NCBI GenBank assembly: GCA_026398535.1
Contig: JAPLSQ010000031.1
Span: forward strand, 4,165 to 68,164
Origin: Candidatus Sumerlaeota bacterium
GTDB taxonomy: Bacteria; Sumerlaeota; Sumerlaeia; Sumerlaeales; Sumerlaeaceae
Direction of reading: 5' to 3'
DNA length: 64,000 nucleotides
Both the position numbers and the translations under genes were made by a program. Each line of letters starts with the position of its first letter. Positions within the stretch are counted from its first letter, which is position 1. The notes beneath the pieces were generated by a model. The model had not been told where the DNA came from, ran no database searches, and was given only the letters and a program-made list of their open reading frames with translations. This document shows, piece after piece, positions 26,544 through 38,475 of this stretch.

Positions 26544-27704
26544 ATGATGGATCGAGTGGGACGGATCAAGATGCCTGGAACTCTGCTCATGGGCATAGGC
26601 GCCGTTTCGGAACTGGCGAAATCGGTCGAGTCGCTTGGAGGACGGAGGGTTTTGGTTGTTGCCGATCCCGGAATCGTGCAGGCGGGCGTGGTGGACAAGG
26701 TCAATGCTGTTCTTGAAGCAAAACAGATTGCCGTGAGCGTCTATGACGGCGTCGAGTCTGATCCAAGACTGGAGATTGTGTCTGATTGTGCGGAAAGGGC
26801 TCGCCAGGCTGGTGCGGATGTTCTTATCGGCGTCGGCGGCGGCAGCTCCCTTGATATCGCGAAAGTGGCGGCCATCGTGGTCAGGCATGGCGGTCCCGTC
26901 CAAAGGTTTTTCGGGATTGGAAACACGCCCGGGCGCGGTCTTCCAACCATTGTGTTGCCCACAACCGCTGGAACAGGTAGCGAGGTAACGCCAATCGCGG
27001 TCCTTTCCGATGAAGCTGAAAAGCTGAAGAAAGGTATTGTGAGCGACGACCTGTATCCCGACATCTCAATTGTAGATCCCGGCCTCATGGTCAGCGCTCC
27101 GCCTTCAGTAACCGCATACACCGGCATGGACACTCTGACCCACGCGATTGAGGCATACACCAGCCGTTATTCGCTTCCCTTTGTGGACACGCTGGCCCTT
27201 GAGGCAATCCGGCTTGTTGGCCGTCACCTGCGGCGGGCCGTGTCCAATGGCTCCGACCTCGAAGCCCGTTCCGGCATGGCGCTTGCCAGCACTTATGGGG
27301 GAATGTGTCTGGGTCCCGTGAACACGGCCGCCGTTCATGCGCTGGCGTATCCGCTCGGTGGCACATACCATGTCGCTCACGGCCAGGCAAATGCCTTGTT
27401 GCTGCCATATGTGATGGAGTTCAATTTCCCGAGCGACATGTGCAAGTTTGCGGAGGTGGCGAAAGCGCTTGGGGAAAAAATAGAGGGGCTTTCCCTGCGC
27501 GATGCCGCGCTGGCATCCGTGAAAGCGGTCAGGGAATTATCGATTGATATTAATCTGCCGCAAAAGATGCGGGAATTCAGCATCCCTGAGGACGCCATCC
27601 CCGAGATGGCGGAAGCGGCGATGAAGGTCACGCGGCTGCTCAATAACAATCCCCGCACGGTCAGGATCGACGATGTGCGGCGAATCTATGAGCAGGCGCA
27701 CTAA
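26544..27704 (+). CDS. Iron-containing alcohol dehydrogenase (FucO/PDH-like family)
   Basis: GVGGGSSLD.AK, PTTAGTGSE, D.LTHAIE, H.LAYPLGG..H..HG metal ligands. Confidence 0.9.
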   Translation: MMDRVGRIKMPGTLLMGIGAVSELAKSVESLGGRRVLVVADPGIVQAGVVDKVNAVLEAKQIAVSVYDGVESDPRLEIVSDCAERARQAGADVLIGVGGGSSLDIAKVAAIVVRHGGPVQRFFGIGNTPGRGLPTIVLPTTAGTGSEVTPIAVLSDEAEKLKKGIVSDDLYPDISIVDPGLMVSAPPSVTAYTGMDTLTHAIEAYTSRYSLPFVDTLALEAIRLVGRHLRRAVSNGSDLEARSGMALASTYGGMCLGPVNTAAVHALAYPLGGTYHVAHGQANALLLPYVMEFNFPSDMCKFAEVAKALGEKIEGLSLRDAALASVKAVRELSIDINLPQKMREFSIPEDAIPEMAEAAMKVTRLLNNNPRTVRIDDVRRIYEQAH

Positions 27705-29042
27705 ATGCCTGTCCGAGCGCGATATGCCCCGGGAAATTCCTGCCAGGAGAATTCTTTGAAGCGGGAACATCAACTTCCCATGATCGCGAAAGCGAGGCGC
27801 GTTTTTTCTGACAACAGCTTGGATGATCCAAACGACCGTCTGCTGGAATTGCTCAGGGCGTCGCATCTCCAAGAGGTGAATCTTGACGGGAAGACAATCG
27901 CGGTCCCTGTCGGTAGCCGGGGGATTACGGGCCTTTGCGGTTTGTTGCGCGTCTTGATTGATTTCCTGAAAAGCAGGGGAGCGGGCCCTTATATTGTTCC
28001 CGCGATGGGAAGCCATGGCGGCGCCACCGCCGAAGGGCAGTTGAAGGTGCTGTCGTCACTTGGCGTCACAGAGCACAATCTTGGGATTCCAATCAAAGCC
28101 ACAATGGAAACCGTCAGTCTTGGCAGGGTTCGCGGACGTGAATTCGTGTGGCCGGTCTATCTGGACAAGCATGCGGCTGAAGCTGATGGGATCATCCTGA
28201 TGAATCGTGTCAAGGCCCATACGGATTTCAGCGGATCGTATGAAAGCGGGCTTGCCAAGCTGCTGGCGGTTGGGCTTGGCAATGAAGACGCCGCGCGAAG
28301 CGCCCACTCACGCGGGACGGCGGGTTTGCGTGACGCCATCCCCGCACTGGCGGAATTCTTGCTCCAGACGAAACCGATTTTGGCCGGTGTTGCGATTGTC
28401 GAGAATGCCCTTCACAAGATCGCCGCCTTGGAAGTTCTGCCTTCTTCGATGATTCTGCCGCGCGAACCCGGACTGCTTGAAATCTCCAAACAATGGATGG
28501 GCGCCCTTCCCGTGACGGAACTTGACGGACTGGTGATCAGCCGGATGGGCAAGGAGATCAGCGGGACAGGCATCGACACAAATGTCATTGGAAGGCGTTC
28601 GATTCGCGGAGAAGCCGATCCAGCCTGTCCCAACATTGACCTTATTGGCGTCTGCGATCTTACGCCGGCATCCGAAGGCAACGCTTTGGGAATTGGGCTT
28701 GCGGACTTGACCACCTCCCGCGTTGCGGCTCAATATAACCCGGCGGTCACAGCAAGGAATGTGCTGTCAACGACATTCATCGAGCGCGGCAAACTGCCGC
28801 TCGTTCTGCCCACGGACCGCAACCTTGTGGAAGCGATGGTCGATTTGATCGAACGAAAAGGCGCGAAACGCCCCCGGATCATGTTCATCCGCGACACGAT
28901 GACCCTGTCGGAATTCTATATGACGGAGTCGCTTGTGAACAAGGTCATAGCGGGGCAGGACATCACCATCCTTGAAAAGTTAAAACCAATACCATTCGGA
29001 CCCGGAGATTGTCTGGCGTTGGAATGGCACGAGAACGATTGA
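27705..29042 (+). CDS. Lactate racemase (LarA N-terminal/DUF2088)-like protein
   Basis: VGSRGI, PAMGSHGGATAEGQ, NRVKAHTDF, ESGLAK...GLG, GKEISGTG.DTNVIGR; start may be ATG 27780. Confidence 0.72.
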   Translation: MPVRARYAPGNSCQENSLKREHQLPMIAKARRVFSDNSLDDPNDRLLELLRASHLQEVNLDGKTIAVPVGSRGITGLCGLLRVLIDFLKSRGAGPYIVPAMGSHGGATAEGQLKVLSSLGVTEHNLGIPIKATMETVSLGRVRGREFVWPVYLDKHAAEADGIILMNRVKAHTDFSGSYESGLAKLLAVGLGNEDAARSAHSRGTAGLRDAIPALAEFLLQTKPILAGVAIVENALHKIAALEVLPSSMILPREPGLLEISKQWMGALPVTELDGLVISRMGKEISGTGIDTNVIGRRSIRGEADPACPNIDLIGVCDLTPASEGNALGIGLADLTTSRVAAQYNPAVTARNVLSTTFIERGKLPLVLPTDRNLVEAMVDLIERKGAKRPRIMFIRDTMTLSEFYMTESLVNKVIAGQDITILEKLKPIPFGPGDCLALEWHEND

Positions 29043-29062
29043 ACGGAAAGGAGTCTGGTCAT

Positions 29063-30541
29063 ATGACAACGACAATAGGAAACACAAGTTCTGAGGTTCA
29101 CCCGATTTACATCAACGGCGAGTGGGTGGAATCATCCGGCGGAAGGACCTTTGAACAGCGCAATCCGGCGTGTTTGTCCGAGATAACCGGATGCTTTCAG
29201 GCATCCACGGCGGATGATACGCGAAGGGCGATCGATGCCGCGGAGCAGGCCTTTCCCAAATGGCGCGACACGCCGCCCCTGGCAAGAGCTGAAATCCTGA
29301 AGAAAGTTTTGGCGAAGATGATTGAGCGCAGGGAGGAGATTGCCCGCGTGCTCACGCTCGAGAACGGCAAGCTGCTCAGCGAGTCGCTGGGCGAAATCAA
29401 CTCCGCGATCAGGGAAATGGAGTTCCAGATTGCCGAAGGCGTGCGCTCGCTTGGCGAAGTCATGCCGGTCAGCATGCCGGGAGTGTTGGCGTATCATACC
29501 CGCCAGCCTCTGGGTGTTGTGGGAATCATCACGCCATGGAATTTTCCGTTCAATGTTCCGACGCGCAAGTGTGCTCCAGCCTTGATGGCCGGCAACACCT
29601 GCGTCTTTAAGCCGGCAAGTTTAACGCCGCAGACCGGCCTGCGCTTCACGGAGTTGTTCACCGGGGCCGGATTGCCGCCGGGCGTGCTGAATTTTGTCAC
29701 AGGCGGTCCAAGGGATGTGGGTGACACAATTGTCACCGATCCGCGGATCAAGGCGATCTCGCTGACAGGCTCGACGGATGTCGGCATTCAGATCAATGAG
29801 AAGGCGTCTTCCAGGCTTGCCCGAACGCAACTGGAGCTGGGAGGAAAAAACCCTGTTGTTGTTTTGAAGGATGCCAATCTTGATGACGCGGTCAACGCAA
29901 CGGTCACGGCGGCGTATGCGTGCGCCGGGCAGTGGTGCACATCGACGAGCCGCGCCATTGTGGCCCGTGAGATCGCCGGGGAATTCATCCAGCGCGTGAT
30001 TCAGAAAGCCGGCGCCCTGCGGGTGGGAAACGGTCTCGATGCGGAGACGGGGATGGGGCCTGTTTGCGGCACGGCACAAATGAGGAGCATCCTGGCTTAT
30101 ATCGAAAAGGGTCTGCAGGAGGGCGCCAAGCTTCTTCTCGGTGGAAAGCAAATGACAGATGGAGCCTGCGCCGACGGATGTTTCATCGAACCGACGGTGT
30201 TCGGAGCGGTCACGCCGGAGATGACGATCGCGCAGGAAGAAATATTCGGCCCCGTCTTGTCCGTCATCGAGTTTGGGAGCCTTGACGAGGCCATCGAAAT
30301 AGCCAACGGCGTCAAATACGGTCTGGCCTCTTCAGTGTTTACGAACAACCTGAAGAGCGCATTGACGTTTCTTGAGCGCACGGAGGTTGGGCTGACGCAT
30401 GTCAACATGGTGACCGCCTACAAGGAGCCCCAGCTCACCTTTGGCGGCATCAAGCAATCAGGCCATGGCATCCCCGAAGCGGGAAAAACGGGGATCGAAT
30501 TCTTCACAGAGCACAAGGTCGCCTACGTCAAATACTCGTGA
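29063..30541 (+). CDS. NAD(P)-dependent aldehyde dehydrogenase
   Basis: ITPWNFP, KPAS, TGST..G, ELGGKN, AGQWC catalytic Cys, EEIFGP, FGG.K.SG; GAAAGGAG RBS. Confidence 0.93.
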   Translation: MTTTIGNTSSEVHPIYINGEWVESSGGRTFEQRNPACLSEITGCFQASTADDTRRAIDAAEQAFPKWRDTPPLARAEILKKVLAKMIERREEIARVLTLENGKLLSESLGEINSAIREMEFQIAEGVRSLGEVMPVSMPGVLAYHTRQPLGVVGIITPWNFPFNVPTRKCAPALMAGNTCVFKPASLTPQTGLRFTELFTGAGLPPGVLNFVTGGPRDVGDTIVTDPRIKAISLTGSTDVGIQINEKASSRLARTQLELGGKNPVVVLKDANLDDAVNATVTAAYACAGQWCTSTSRAIVAREIAGEFIQRVIQKAGALRVGNGLDAETGMGPVCGTAQMRSILAYIEKGLQEGAKLLLGGKQMTDGACADGCFIEPTVFGAVTPEMTIAQEEIFGPVLSVIEFGSLDEAIEIANGVKYGLASSVFTNNLKSALTFLERTEVGLTHVNMVTAYKEPQLTFGGIKQSGHGIPEAGKTGIEFFTEHKVAYVKYS

Positions 30542-30624
30542 CGCAAATGAAACCGCATGATGCGCCTTTCCCAACCTGGCGCCAAACATGTGCTCATTCA
30601 AGACATTGAGGCAGGAGATATTAT

Positions 30625-33600
30625 ATGAATTACATGCTTTTCACCCTCACCCTGCTGATGTTGGCGGCGTGTGCGTTGCATGCCCAGCCAGCCTTGGGCG
30701 TCGGCGTTACTCTCGTCGAGTCGAAGGATAAAAAGTTCCTTGTTCGAACGGGCGGATTTGAATTCTCCTATGATGGAAGCAAGGATGACCACATCACGGC
30801 AAGGAATCCAAAGCCGGGGGGGGGCTGGATTGAGGTCATCGGCGCTCCGGGCGAGAATCTCTATCCCCTCGAGCATTCCATTGTCAGATCGGTGGAAACA
30901 ACAGAAACCGCGGCTGATATTCTGGTGCGGATTGATTCCGCCCGCGAGTGGGCTGATTTCAAAACAACCGTGCGATTTCCAAAGAATGTTCCTGGTCTGG
31001 TCAATTGGAAGGTTGAACTGTCCGCCAAGTCGAAGGGCTTTCTTCCCACGACTGATTTCGACGTTCTGTTTGGTGATTATCCCGTTCAGTTCAAGGATCT
31101 CGGCCGGCACAATCCCGCGCAGGTCCCGCTTGTGTACTTTTATGAGGGCAAGCTCGATGCCACATGCCTGTTCTATGAAGATTATACCGCGCTTAACCAG
31201 TATTACATCATGACGGACACCCGCCCCGCCGGTGCCGTGGGCGCCAACTTGCCGATAAAAACGCGTCACACAGGAAAACCATCCGAACAGACACGGGCTG
31301 GCTTTGGTTATAAAAGACCGTCCTCCGATCACATATTGCCGCCGCAATCACAGTGCACAATCACCGATTCCTATTGTTTCCTGAAATCGTCCGAACCGGC
31401 GGACGAGTCGGCAATGTGCGGCCAATTTCTTGAATGCCTTGCGGACATTTATCCCTACATGCTCAAGCCTGCCACTGTCTATACCGACTGGCCGACGATA
31501 GCCGGTTATCAGATCAGGGATCTCCAATCACCCGAATGCTGGACGCGCGAGTTCAACGGGCGCAGGCACCTTCTTCCCTATGTCAACCACAAGGACAGTG
31601 GGGCGAATGATCTGAGAACCGAGCTTCAGAATCTCGCCCCCCTGGTCACCTTCAACCGATCATTTGCCAATGAAATTTCGCGGAAATTTGAAGAGCAACT
31701 GGTCGGGAACATCAAGGATTTCCATGTTCCGCAGACCCGCATGATTGAAAACATGATCACCAAGCCTGGCGACAAAAGCGTTCAGGACAGCTTTTACCCG
31801 GCGATCAACGCCATCATGTTTGGAAAGGTGATTCTCAGGGGCGTCGATGATCCGCAATTGAAGAGAATGCTTCTGGAATTCGCCGATGTGACCATGAAAA
31901 CAGGGAGAAAGCTGAATTACACGTTCGCCTGGCAGGTTGATTGGCTATCAGGCGAGATCGTCAACGAGTCATTCTGGCAATACGATGTCGGCGGCGCATT
32001 GGCTTATTTTTTCCTGCAGTGCCACCAGATATCAGGCGACAAGAAATATCTTGATGAAGCAAAGGTCGCCGTCGAGAGCATCAAAGGGCATGGCCTCGCT
32101 CTTCCGCACGAATTGGACTGCACGGCTGCTGCTGCCGCCGCATGCGCCTGGCTTTATAATATAACGGGCGACAAACATTACTTGGATCTTGGCGCAATTG
32201 CCGTCGCCAATGTCATGCGGCGGGGGTGGTTCTGGCAGAGCGAGTATGGCTATGCGAAATACTATCGGATGTTCTTTGGGCTGTCGTTCTCTAAAGAAGG
32301 TCCACAGATCGCGCCCCTCGAGCTCCTCGGATGCTGGGATATGCTGTCGGAGTATTACCGGCGGCTTTCCGGCGTTCTTCCAGCGGAATACCATGTCCTG
32401 TTGCCGGAGTTTCACAAATGGGTCCTGACGGACATGCGTTATGTTTATCCTCCATTGGTGCCTGAGGACGCGGTTGCGCCCGGGCCGGCAGGCTGGCCGG
32501 TCAATCCCAGGCTGTACGTGGCGCTTGAGGATATGAATGATGGGCATACCCGTCTCGGCACGGTGGGGCAGGGGATATACATGTCGCGCGCGGCTATTGA
32601 ATTTGCGGCCTCGGCTTACAGGCGTTTTGAGAACGGCCCCATTCTGTTCTGCGAATATCCAATCATGTCGGCTTCCTATGACAGCCAGTTGGACATGTTG
32701 CGTTTCACAGTCGGAGGGCTGAACAATTATCGATGCAAGGTCAGGGTGCTGTATCCGCAAAAACTGAACGACGATGTCAGGCCATTCCTTGCCACGAACG
32801 CGTTGCCGGCGATGCTGTTGGAGGGATCGTCCCATGAGGGACAGACGCTCTGTTTCGAAGCGCCTGGCGGCGCCGAGGTTGTCGCGGGTCCCGGCCGGCT
32901 TCTCCGCCTGCAAGCTTTGATCAGCAATCTGAAACTGCTGGCTCAATCCGCCGCCGCGGACGCAACGATCAAGAAAGAACTCTTTGATTCTGAGGACTTG
33001 CTGAGCAGGACCATGACCCTGACAAGCGATCCCAGAAAAGAATTTCATGAGTGGCTTGCGGCCTTCGACAAGCTCTCCATCCGTTTGCGGGAGATGGATG
33101 GCAGAGAGAGTGTCACGGAATGTCTCAGCGCGATGCGCGATCTGGCCGCGGAGGAAAGCCAGCGGTTGTTGGGAATCCGCTTTGACCTGAAGATAAACAA
33201 GACGGAATGGGCTGAGGGAGAGCCTGTGAAAGCTGTCGCGGCATTGGATGTCAGCCCCGGTGTTCAGCTTGAGAAGGCAGATATCTCACTCAAGACGCCG
33301 GTCAGGTTCCGGGTGACACGAGACGGGAATTCATTCCAAGTCTTCTTTCCTGATGACTACCCATTCAACAAGCCGGCGCAAATCGAAGCGCGTATGTCCT
33401 GCGAGTACATGGGCGCTCCGGTTGTCCTTAGACGCACATGCGACGTTAAGCGTGTGGCGGCGTTCACATTCCTCATCGCCAGCACATCGGGCGATTTTGC
33501 GACCCAGGGTAAGAACTATGACATTCAGGTGAAAGTGACAAACAACGCTTCTGTGCGGCGGGACGCGGAACTGAAGCTCAAGTTGCCGAAGGATTGGACA

Positions 33601-34221
33601 TCGTCCTGCGGTCTTTCTCGGCTTGTTCTTAATGCCGGTGAGGCAAGGGATGTCACACTGTCGCTGACGCCCGGAGCTGCCGTGCCCGACGGCAAGTGCG
33701 AGATCGAGCTTGTGCTGATAGCTGGGGGTGCGCCGGTGGCATCGCGATGCTGCGTGGTTGAGGCAGTTGCCGTCCATGGTGCATTTCGCGACGACGGACG
33801 GGACGCCTCGCTCTGGAAGGAATCCCGCTATGGGCCGCCAGTCCCTGTTGAGTCAAAAGACGGCAGGCTCGTGTTCGGCCCCAGGGACGGCGGCTTTGGT
33901 GTGCGCGAGCGTGAAGTCTGCATCGATCTTGATCATTACCCAATCCTGAGCATAAAGATGGATGCGGCAAGCGCTCTTTGGGCGATATTCCTCGACGATG
34001 GCAGGCACTTCCCGGAACTCGGGCTTCGTGTTCAACAGGAGACGTGGCAGACAGGCGTTTTTCATTATGATCTCAGGAAATCCACTGGTTGGAAAGGCAT
34101 CAATAAATTCAATCTGCGTTTCGTGACCAGCATATGGGGAAAAGACCGGACCTGCATACTGGATTGGATCACCATCGACAAAGATGCTGTAACAACAGAA
34201 CCAGTCGTCAGTGACAAATAA
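30625..34221 (+). CDS. Large secreted multidomain protein: probable (alpha/alpha)6 barrel plus NEW3/CBM-like C-terminal domains (distant relative of paralogs A-C)
   Basis: Signal peptide MNYMLFTLTLLMLAACALHA; HQISGDKKYLDEAK and YNITGDKHYL helical repeats; YVALED...GTVGQGIYM aligns by eye with YxPxE...GxxGxAxYM. Confidence 0.65.
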   Translation: MNYMLFTLTLLMLAACALHAQPALGVGVTLVESKDKKFLVRTGGFEFSYDGSKDDHITARNPKPGGGWIEVIGAPGENLYPLEHSIVRSVETTETAADILVRIDSAREWADFKTTVRFPKNVPGLVNWKVELSAKSKGFLPTTDFDVLFGDYPVQFKDLGRHNPAQVPLVYFYEGKLDATCLFYEDYTALNQYYIMTDTRPAGAVGANLPIKTRHTGKPSEQTRAGFGYKRPSSDHILPPQSQCTITDSYCFLKSSEPADESAMCGQFLECLADIYPYMLKPATVYTDWPTIAGYQIRDLQSPECWTREFNGRRHLLPYVNHKDSGANDLRTELQNLAPLVTFNRSFANEISRKFEEQLVGNIKDFHVPQTRMIENMITKPGDKSVQDSFYPAINAIMFGKVILRGVDDPQLKRMLLEFADVTMKTGRKLNYTFAWQVDWLSGEIVNESFWQYDVGGALAYFFLQCHQISGDKKYLDEAKVAVESIKGHGLALPHELDCTAAAAAACAWLYNITGDKHYLDLGAIAVANVMRRGWFWQSEYGYAKYYRMFFGLSFSKEGPQIAPLELLGCWDMLSEYYRRLSGVLPAEYHVLLPEFHKWVLTDMRYVYPPLVPEDAVAPGPAGWPVNPRLYVALEDMNDGHTRLGTVGQGIYMSRAAIEFAASAYRRFENGPILFCEYPIMSASYDSQLDMLRFTVGGLNNYRCKVRVLYPQKLNDDVRPFLATNALPAMLLEGSSHEGQTLCFEAPGGAEVVAGPGRLLRLQALISNLKLLAQSAAADATIKKELFDSEDLLSRTMTLTSDPRKEFHEWLAAFDKLSIRLREMDGRESVTECLSAMRDLAAEESQRLLGIRFDLKINKTEWAEGEPVKAVAALDVSPGVQLEKADISLKTPVRFRVTRDGNSFQVFFPDDYPFNKPAQIEARMSCEYMGAPVVLRRTCDVKRVAAFTFLIASTSGDFATQGKNYDIQVKVTNNASVRRDAELKLKLPKDWTSSCGLSRLVLNAGEARDVTLSLTPGAAVPDGKCEIELVLIAGGAPVASRCCVVEAVAVHGAFRDDGRDASLWKESRYGPPVPVESKDGRLVFGPRDGGFGVREREVCIDLDHYPILSIKMDAASALWAIFLDDGRHFPELGLRVQQETWQTGVFHYDLRKSTGWKGINKFNLRFVTSIWGKDRTCILDWITIDKDAVTTEPVVSDK

Positions 34222-34309
34222 CAATTCCACCCCGGCCGCGCGCATCATACCGGGGAAAGGCCGCTATTGATTGCGGGTTTGCGGGTAATTTGCGCATATG
34301 GCTTTTAAA

Positions 34310-34393
34310 TGCCGGGACGGGGATTTGAACCCCGACGGGATTGCTCCCGCCAGCCCCTCAAGCTGGTGCGTCTGCCAATTCCGCCATCCCGGC
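34310..34393 (-). tRNA. tRNA-Leu (anticodon GAG)
   Basis: Reverse complement GCCGGGATGGCGGAATTGGCAGACGCACCAGCTTGAGGGGCTGG...GGGGTTCAAATCCCCGTCCCGGCA; long variable arm; CCA not encoded. Confidence 0.95.
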
Positions 34394-34469
34394 ACAACTG
34401 CGGGGCCGCTTTGTTTTGGCCATTCGGCTTATACCTTGACCCGCAACAATTATTTCATGCGATCCGGGG

Positions 34470-35915
<1,446 letters not shown>

Positions 35916-35984
35916 TCATAGAGTTAAGCAAGGAGCTTATCGAACCTTAAGAATGCGAGACCTGTGCCATGGAGAGTCTTGAGA

Positions 35985-38405
35985 ATGGGCGCGAAGAAGC
36001 AGGACGACACATCTGATTTTTTCAGCGATCTGTTGCCGGCGGAGAATGATTCAACTTGTTCCCTGCCAACCGGGCATCGCTACGCGCTCTATGCCTGTGT
36101 GGCCGTCAATGAACCGGTCGTCTCTCTCTACACGTATGGCGTTTCGAAGGCGCTCGCGCCCCAGCTCAAGGCCGGTTCCCTTGTGGAAGCGCGCTTTGGC
36201 GGCCACAAGACCAAAGGATGTGTCGTCGCGCTTGAGGTCTCGCCTTCAGCGGGAATCAATCCCGCCGCCATCCGCCCGATTGGCCGCATCCTTTCGCCGG
36301 ATTATGCGCTTCCGCGGGACCTTATTGATCTGGGATGCTGGCTGAGTGATTATTACATGGCGCCTGTCGGGGAAACACTGGGATGCGTGTCGTTCATCGG
36401 GTTCAATGATGTTCGCGAAAAAAGCCTCACCTCGCTGCGCCTCGCGCCCGACTGGCAGGAGCGCGCCGCGAAGCTTGACACATCCGCGCGCGCCCAGGAG
36501 CAAAGTGAATCGTCATCGGATAACGCGGAAAGTCCGCCGCCCGGCAAACCAAAGCGCCCAAGACAATTGACCGCAAGGCAGCGCGCCGTCATTGACGTCT
36601 TCATCGCCAGCGGCGCGCGTCATCTGTCCGCCACGCAGATAAAACAGGGAACGGGCGCCGGCGCCGCGGTGATCAATAAATTGCGCGCGCTTGGCCTGCT
36701 CGAAACCGCGCGCGTTGAACGATTCCGGGACGATGAGTATGGCGCCCCCGCTTCGCCCGACACACCCATCCCCCTGAATCCGGATCAGCAAAACGCTCTC
36801 AACCGCATCGCTGACGCCATGCGCACGGGCCGCCATAGCGCATTTTTGCTTCATGGTGTGACAAGCAGCGGCAAGACCGAGGTTTACCTTCAGGCCATTG
36901 CAAGCGCCCTTGCCGCAGGCGGGCAGGCTGTGGTGCTTGTGCCCGAAATTACGCTCACACCCCAGATGGTCGCGCGTTTTCGAAGCCGTTTTGGGGATGC
37001 CGCCGGCGTTTATCATTCGAAAATGTCGCTCGGTCAGAAATACGACTTGTGGCGGCGCATTCGCGGCGGCAGTTGCCGCATCCTTATTGGCGCGCGAAGC
37101 GCGGTGTTCGCGCCGTTTAACGATCTGCGCATCATCGTCATCGATGAGGAACAGGAGACGAGTTACAAGCAGGACAGCTCGCCGCGATACGATGCACGCA
37201 GGGTGGCGGAGGAGCGCGCCCGCCGCGCCAACACCGTGCTTGTGCTTGGCAGCGCCACGCCCTCGATTGATTCCTATCACGCGGCTAAAACCGGGCGGTA
37301 TGAAATGCTCTCCCTGCCGGCGCGAATCGATCACCGGCCCCTGCCCGAGGTTGTGATCATCGACATGGCGCGCAAGGCGCGCGAAAACCACGACCCGGGC
37401 ATGTTCAGCATGGCTCTGCGCGAGGCCATTGGCGGGCGGCTTGAGCGGGGAGAACAAAGCCTGCTCTTCCTTAACCGGCGGGGGTTCTTCAATATCCTTG
37501 TGTGCCTGGCCTGCAACACCGTCGCCAGATGCCGCCATTGCGACATTGGGCTTACACATCACCAAAAGCCGCGCAACATGCTTGTCTGCCATCTCTGCGG
37601 CATGGAGTACCCGCTGCCCGGTCAATGCCCCGATTGCGGCAGCCCCGATCTGGCATTGAAGGGAATCGGCACGCAACGCGTGGAGGACGCCATCAGACAG
37701 GACTTTCCGGAGGCGCGGGTCATGCGCATCGACTTCGACACGACGCGCAGCCGCACGGCCCTGCTGGCGGCATGGCGGCGAATCGAAGGCGGCGAAGCTG
37801 ACATCCTTGTCGGCACGCAGATGATCGCAAAGGGATTGCATCTCGAAGGCGTGACGCTTGTCGGCGTGCCGCTGGCCGACGTCTCGCTCTACCAGCCGGA
37901 TTTCCGCGCCGCCGAGCGCGCCTTCTCACTGCTTACGCAGGTTGCCGGGCGCGCCGGACGGGGTGAAAGGCCCGGACTGGTCATCATTCAAAGCTATGTG
38001 CCGCACCATTACGCCATCCAGTTCGCGCGCAACCACGATTATGAGGGGTTCTACGAAAAGGAAATCGTCATCCGCCGCATTTTACGTTTTCCGCCGCATT
38101 ATGACCTCATCTCACTGCTCCTTTCCGGGCAGGAGCCCGGGCTGACCGCCAATCTTGCGAAGGAATTCGCGCGCATATTGCGCAACGCGGCCTATCTTCA
38201 TCGTGACAATGTGACCGTCCTCGGGGCCGCTCCGGCCCCGATAGCGCGCATCAAGGATACGTATCGATGGCGTCTTCTCATGCGCGGAAAAAGCCGCGAT
38301 CTCATGAAATCCATCCTGAAACAGGCCATGAAAAATTTCAATGAGACGCCCGGAAAGTCAAAAATCCATCTCAACATTGACGTCGATCCGCAGAATTTGA
38401 TGTGA
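35985..38405 (+). CDS. priA: Primosomal protein N' helicase
   Basis: GVTSSGKTEVY, LVPEI.LT, DEEQE.SYKQ, GSATPS, LNRRG, four CxxC pairs, QVAGRAGR, IDVDP. Confidence 0.96.
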   Translation: MGAKKQDDTSDFFSDLLPAENDSTCSLPTGHRYALYACVAVNEPVVSLYTYGVSKALAPQLKAGSLVEARFGGHKTKGCVVALEVSPSAGINPAAIRPIGRILSPDYALPRDLIDLGCWLSDYYMAPVGETLGCVSFIGFNDVREKSLTSLRLAPDWQERAAKLDTSARAQEQSESSSDNAESPPPGKPKRPRQLTARQRAVIDVFIASGARHLSATQIKQGTGAGAAVINKLRALGLLETARVERFRDDEYGAPASPDTPIPLNPDQQNALNRIADAMRTGRHSAFLLHGVTSSGKTEVYLQAIASALAAGGQAVVLVPEITLTPQMVARFRSRFGDAAGVYHSKMSLGQKYDLWRRIRGGSCRILIGARSAVFAPFNDLRIIVIDEEQETSYKQDSSPRYDARRVAEERARRANTVLVLGSATPSIDSYHAAKTGRYEMLSLPARIDHRPLPEVVIIDMARKARENHDPGMFSMALREAIGGRLERGEQSLLFLNRRGFFNILVCLACNTVARCRHCDIGLTHHQKPRNMLVCHLCGMEYPLPGQCPDCGSPDLALKGIGTQRVEDAIRQDFPEARVMRIDFDTTRSRTALLAAWRRIEGGEADILVGTQMIAKGLHLEGVTLVGVPLADVSLYQPDFRAAERAFSLLTQVAGRAGRGERPGLVIIQSYVPHHYAIQFARNHDYEGFYEKEIVIRRILRFPPHYDLISLLLSGQEPGLTANLAKEFARILRNAAYLHRDNVTVLGAAPAPIARIKDTYRWRLLMRGKSRDLMKSILKQAMKNFNETPGKSKIHLNIDVDPQNLM

Positions 38406-38475
38406 CAGCCGACCACCGGCAGAGAACGGGAAAACATTTGCATCCGCCCCCGCCCGCGTTATTGTCGTCATCAGC

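Noticed and set aside
298..30541. Bacterial microcompartment locus
   Set aside because: Kinase, ADH and ALDH are suggestive, but no shell, PduL or aldolase genes are present and the ALDH is not the acylating PduP type
36513..37841. 442-aa minus-strand ORF
   Set aside because: Antisense shadow of priA in GC-rich sequence
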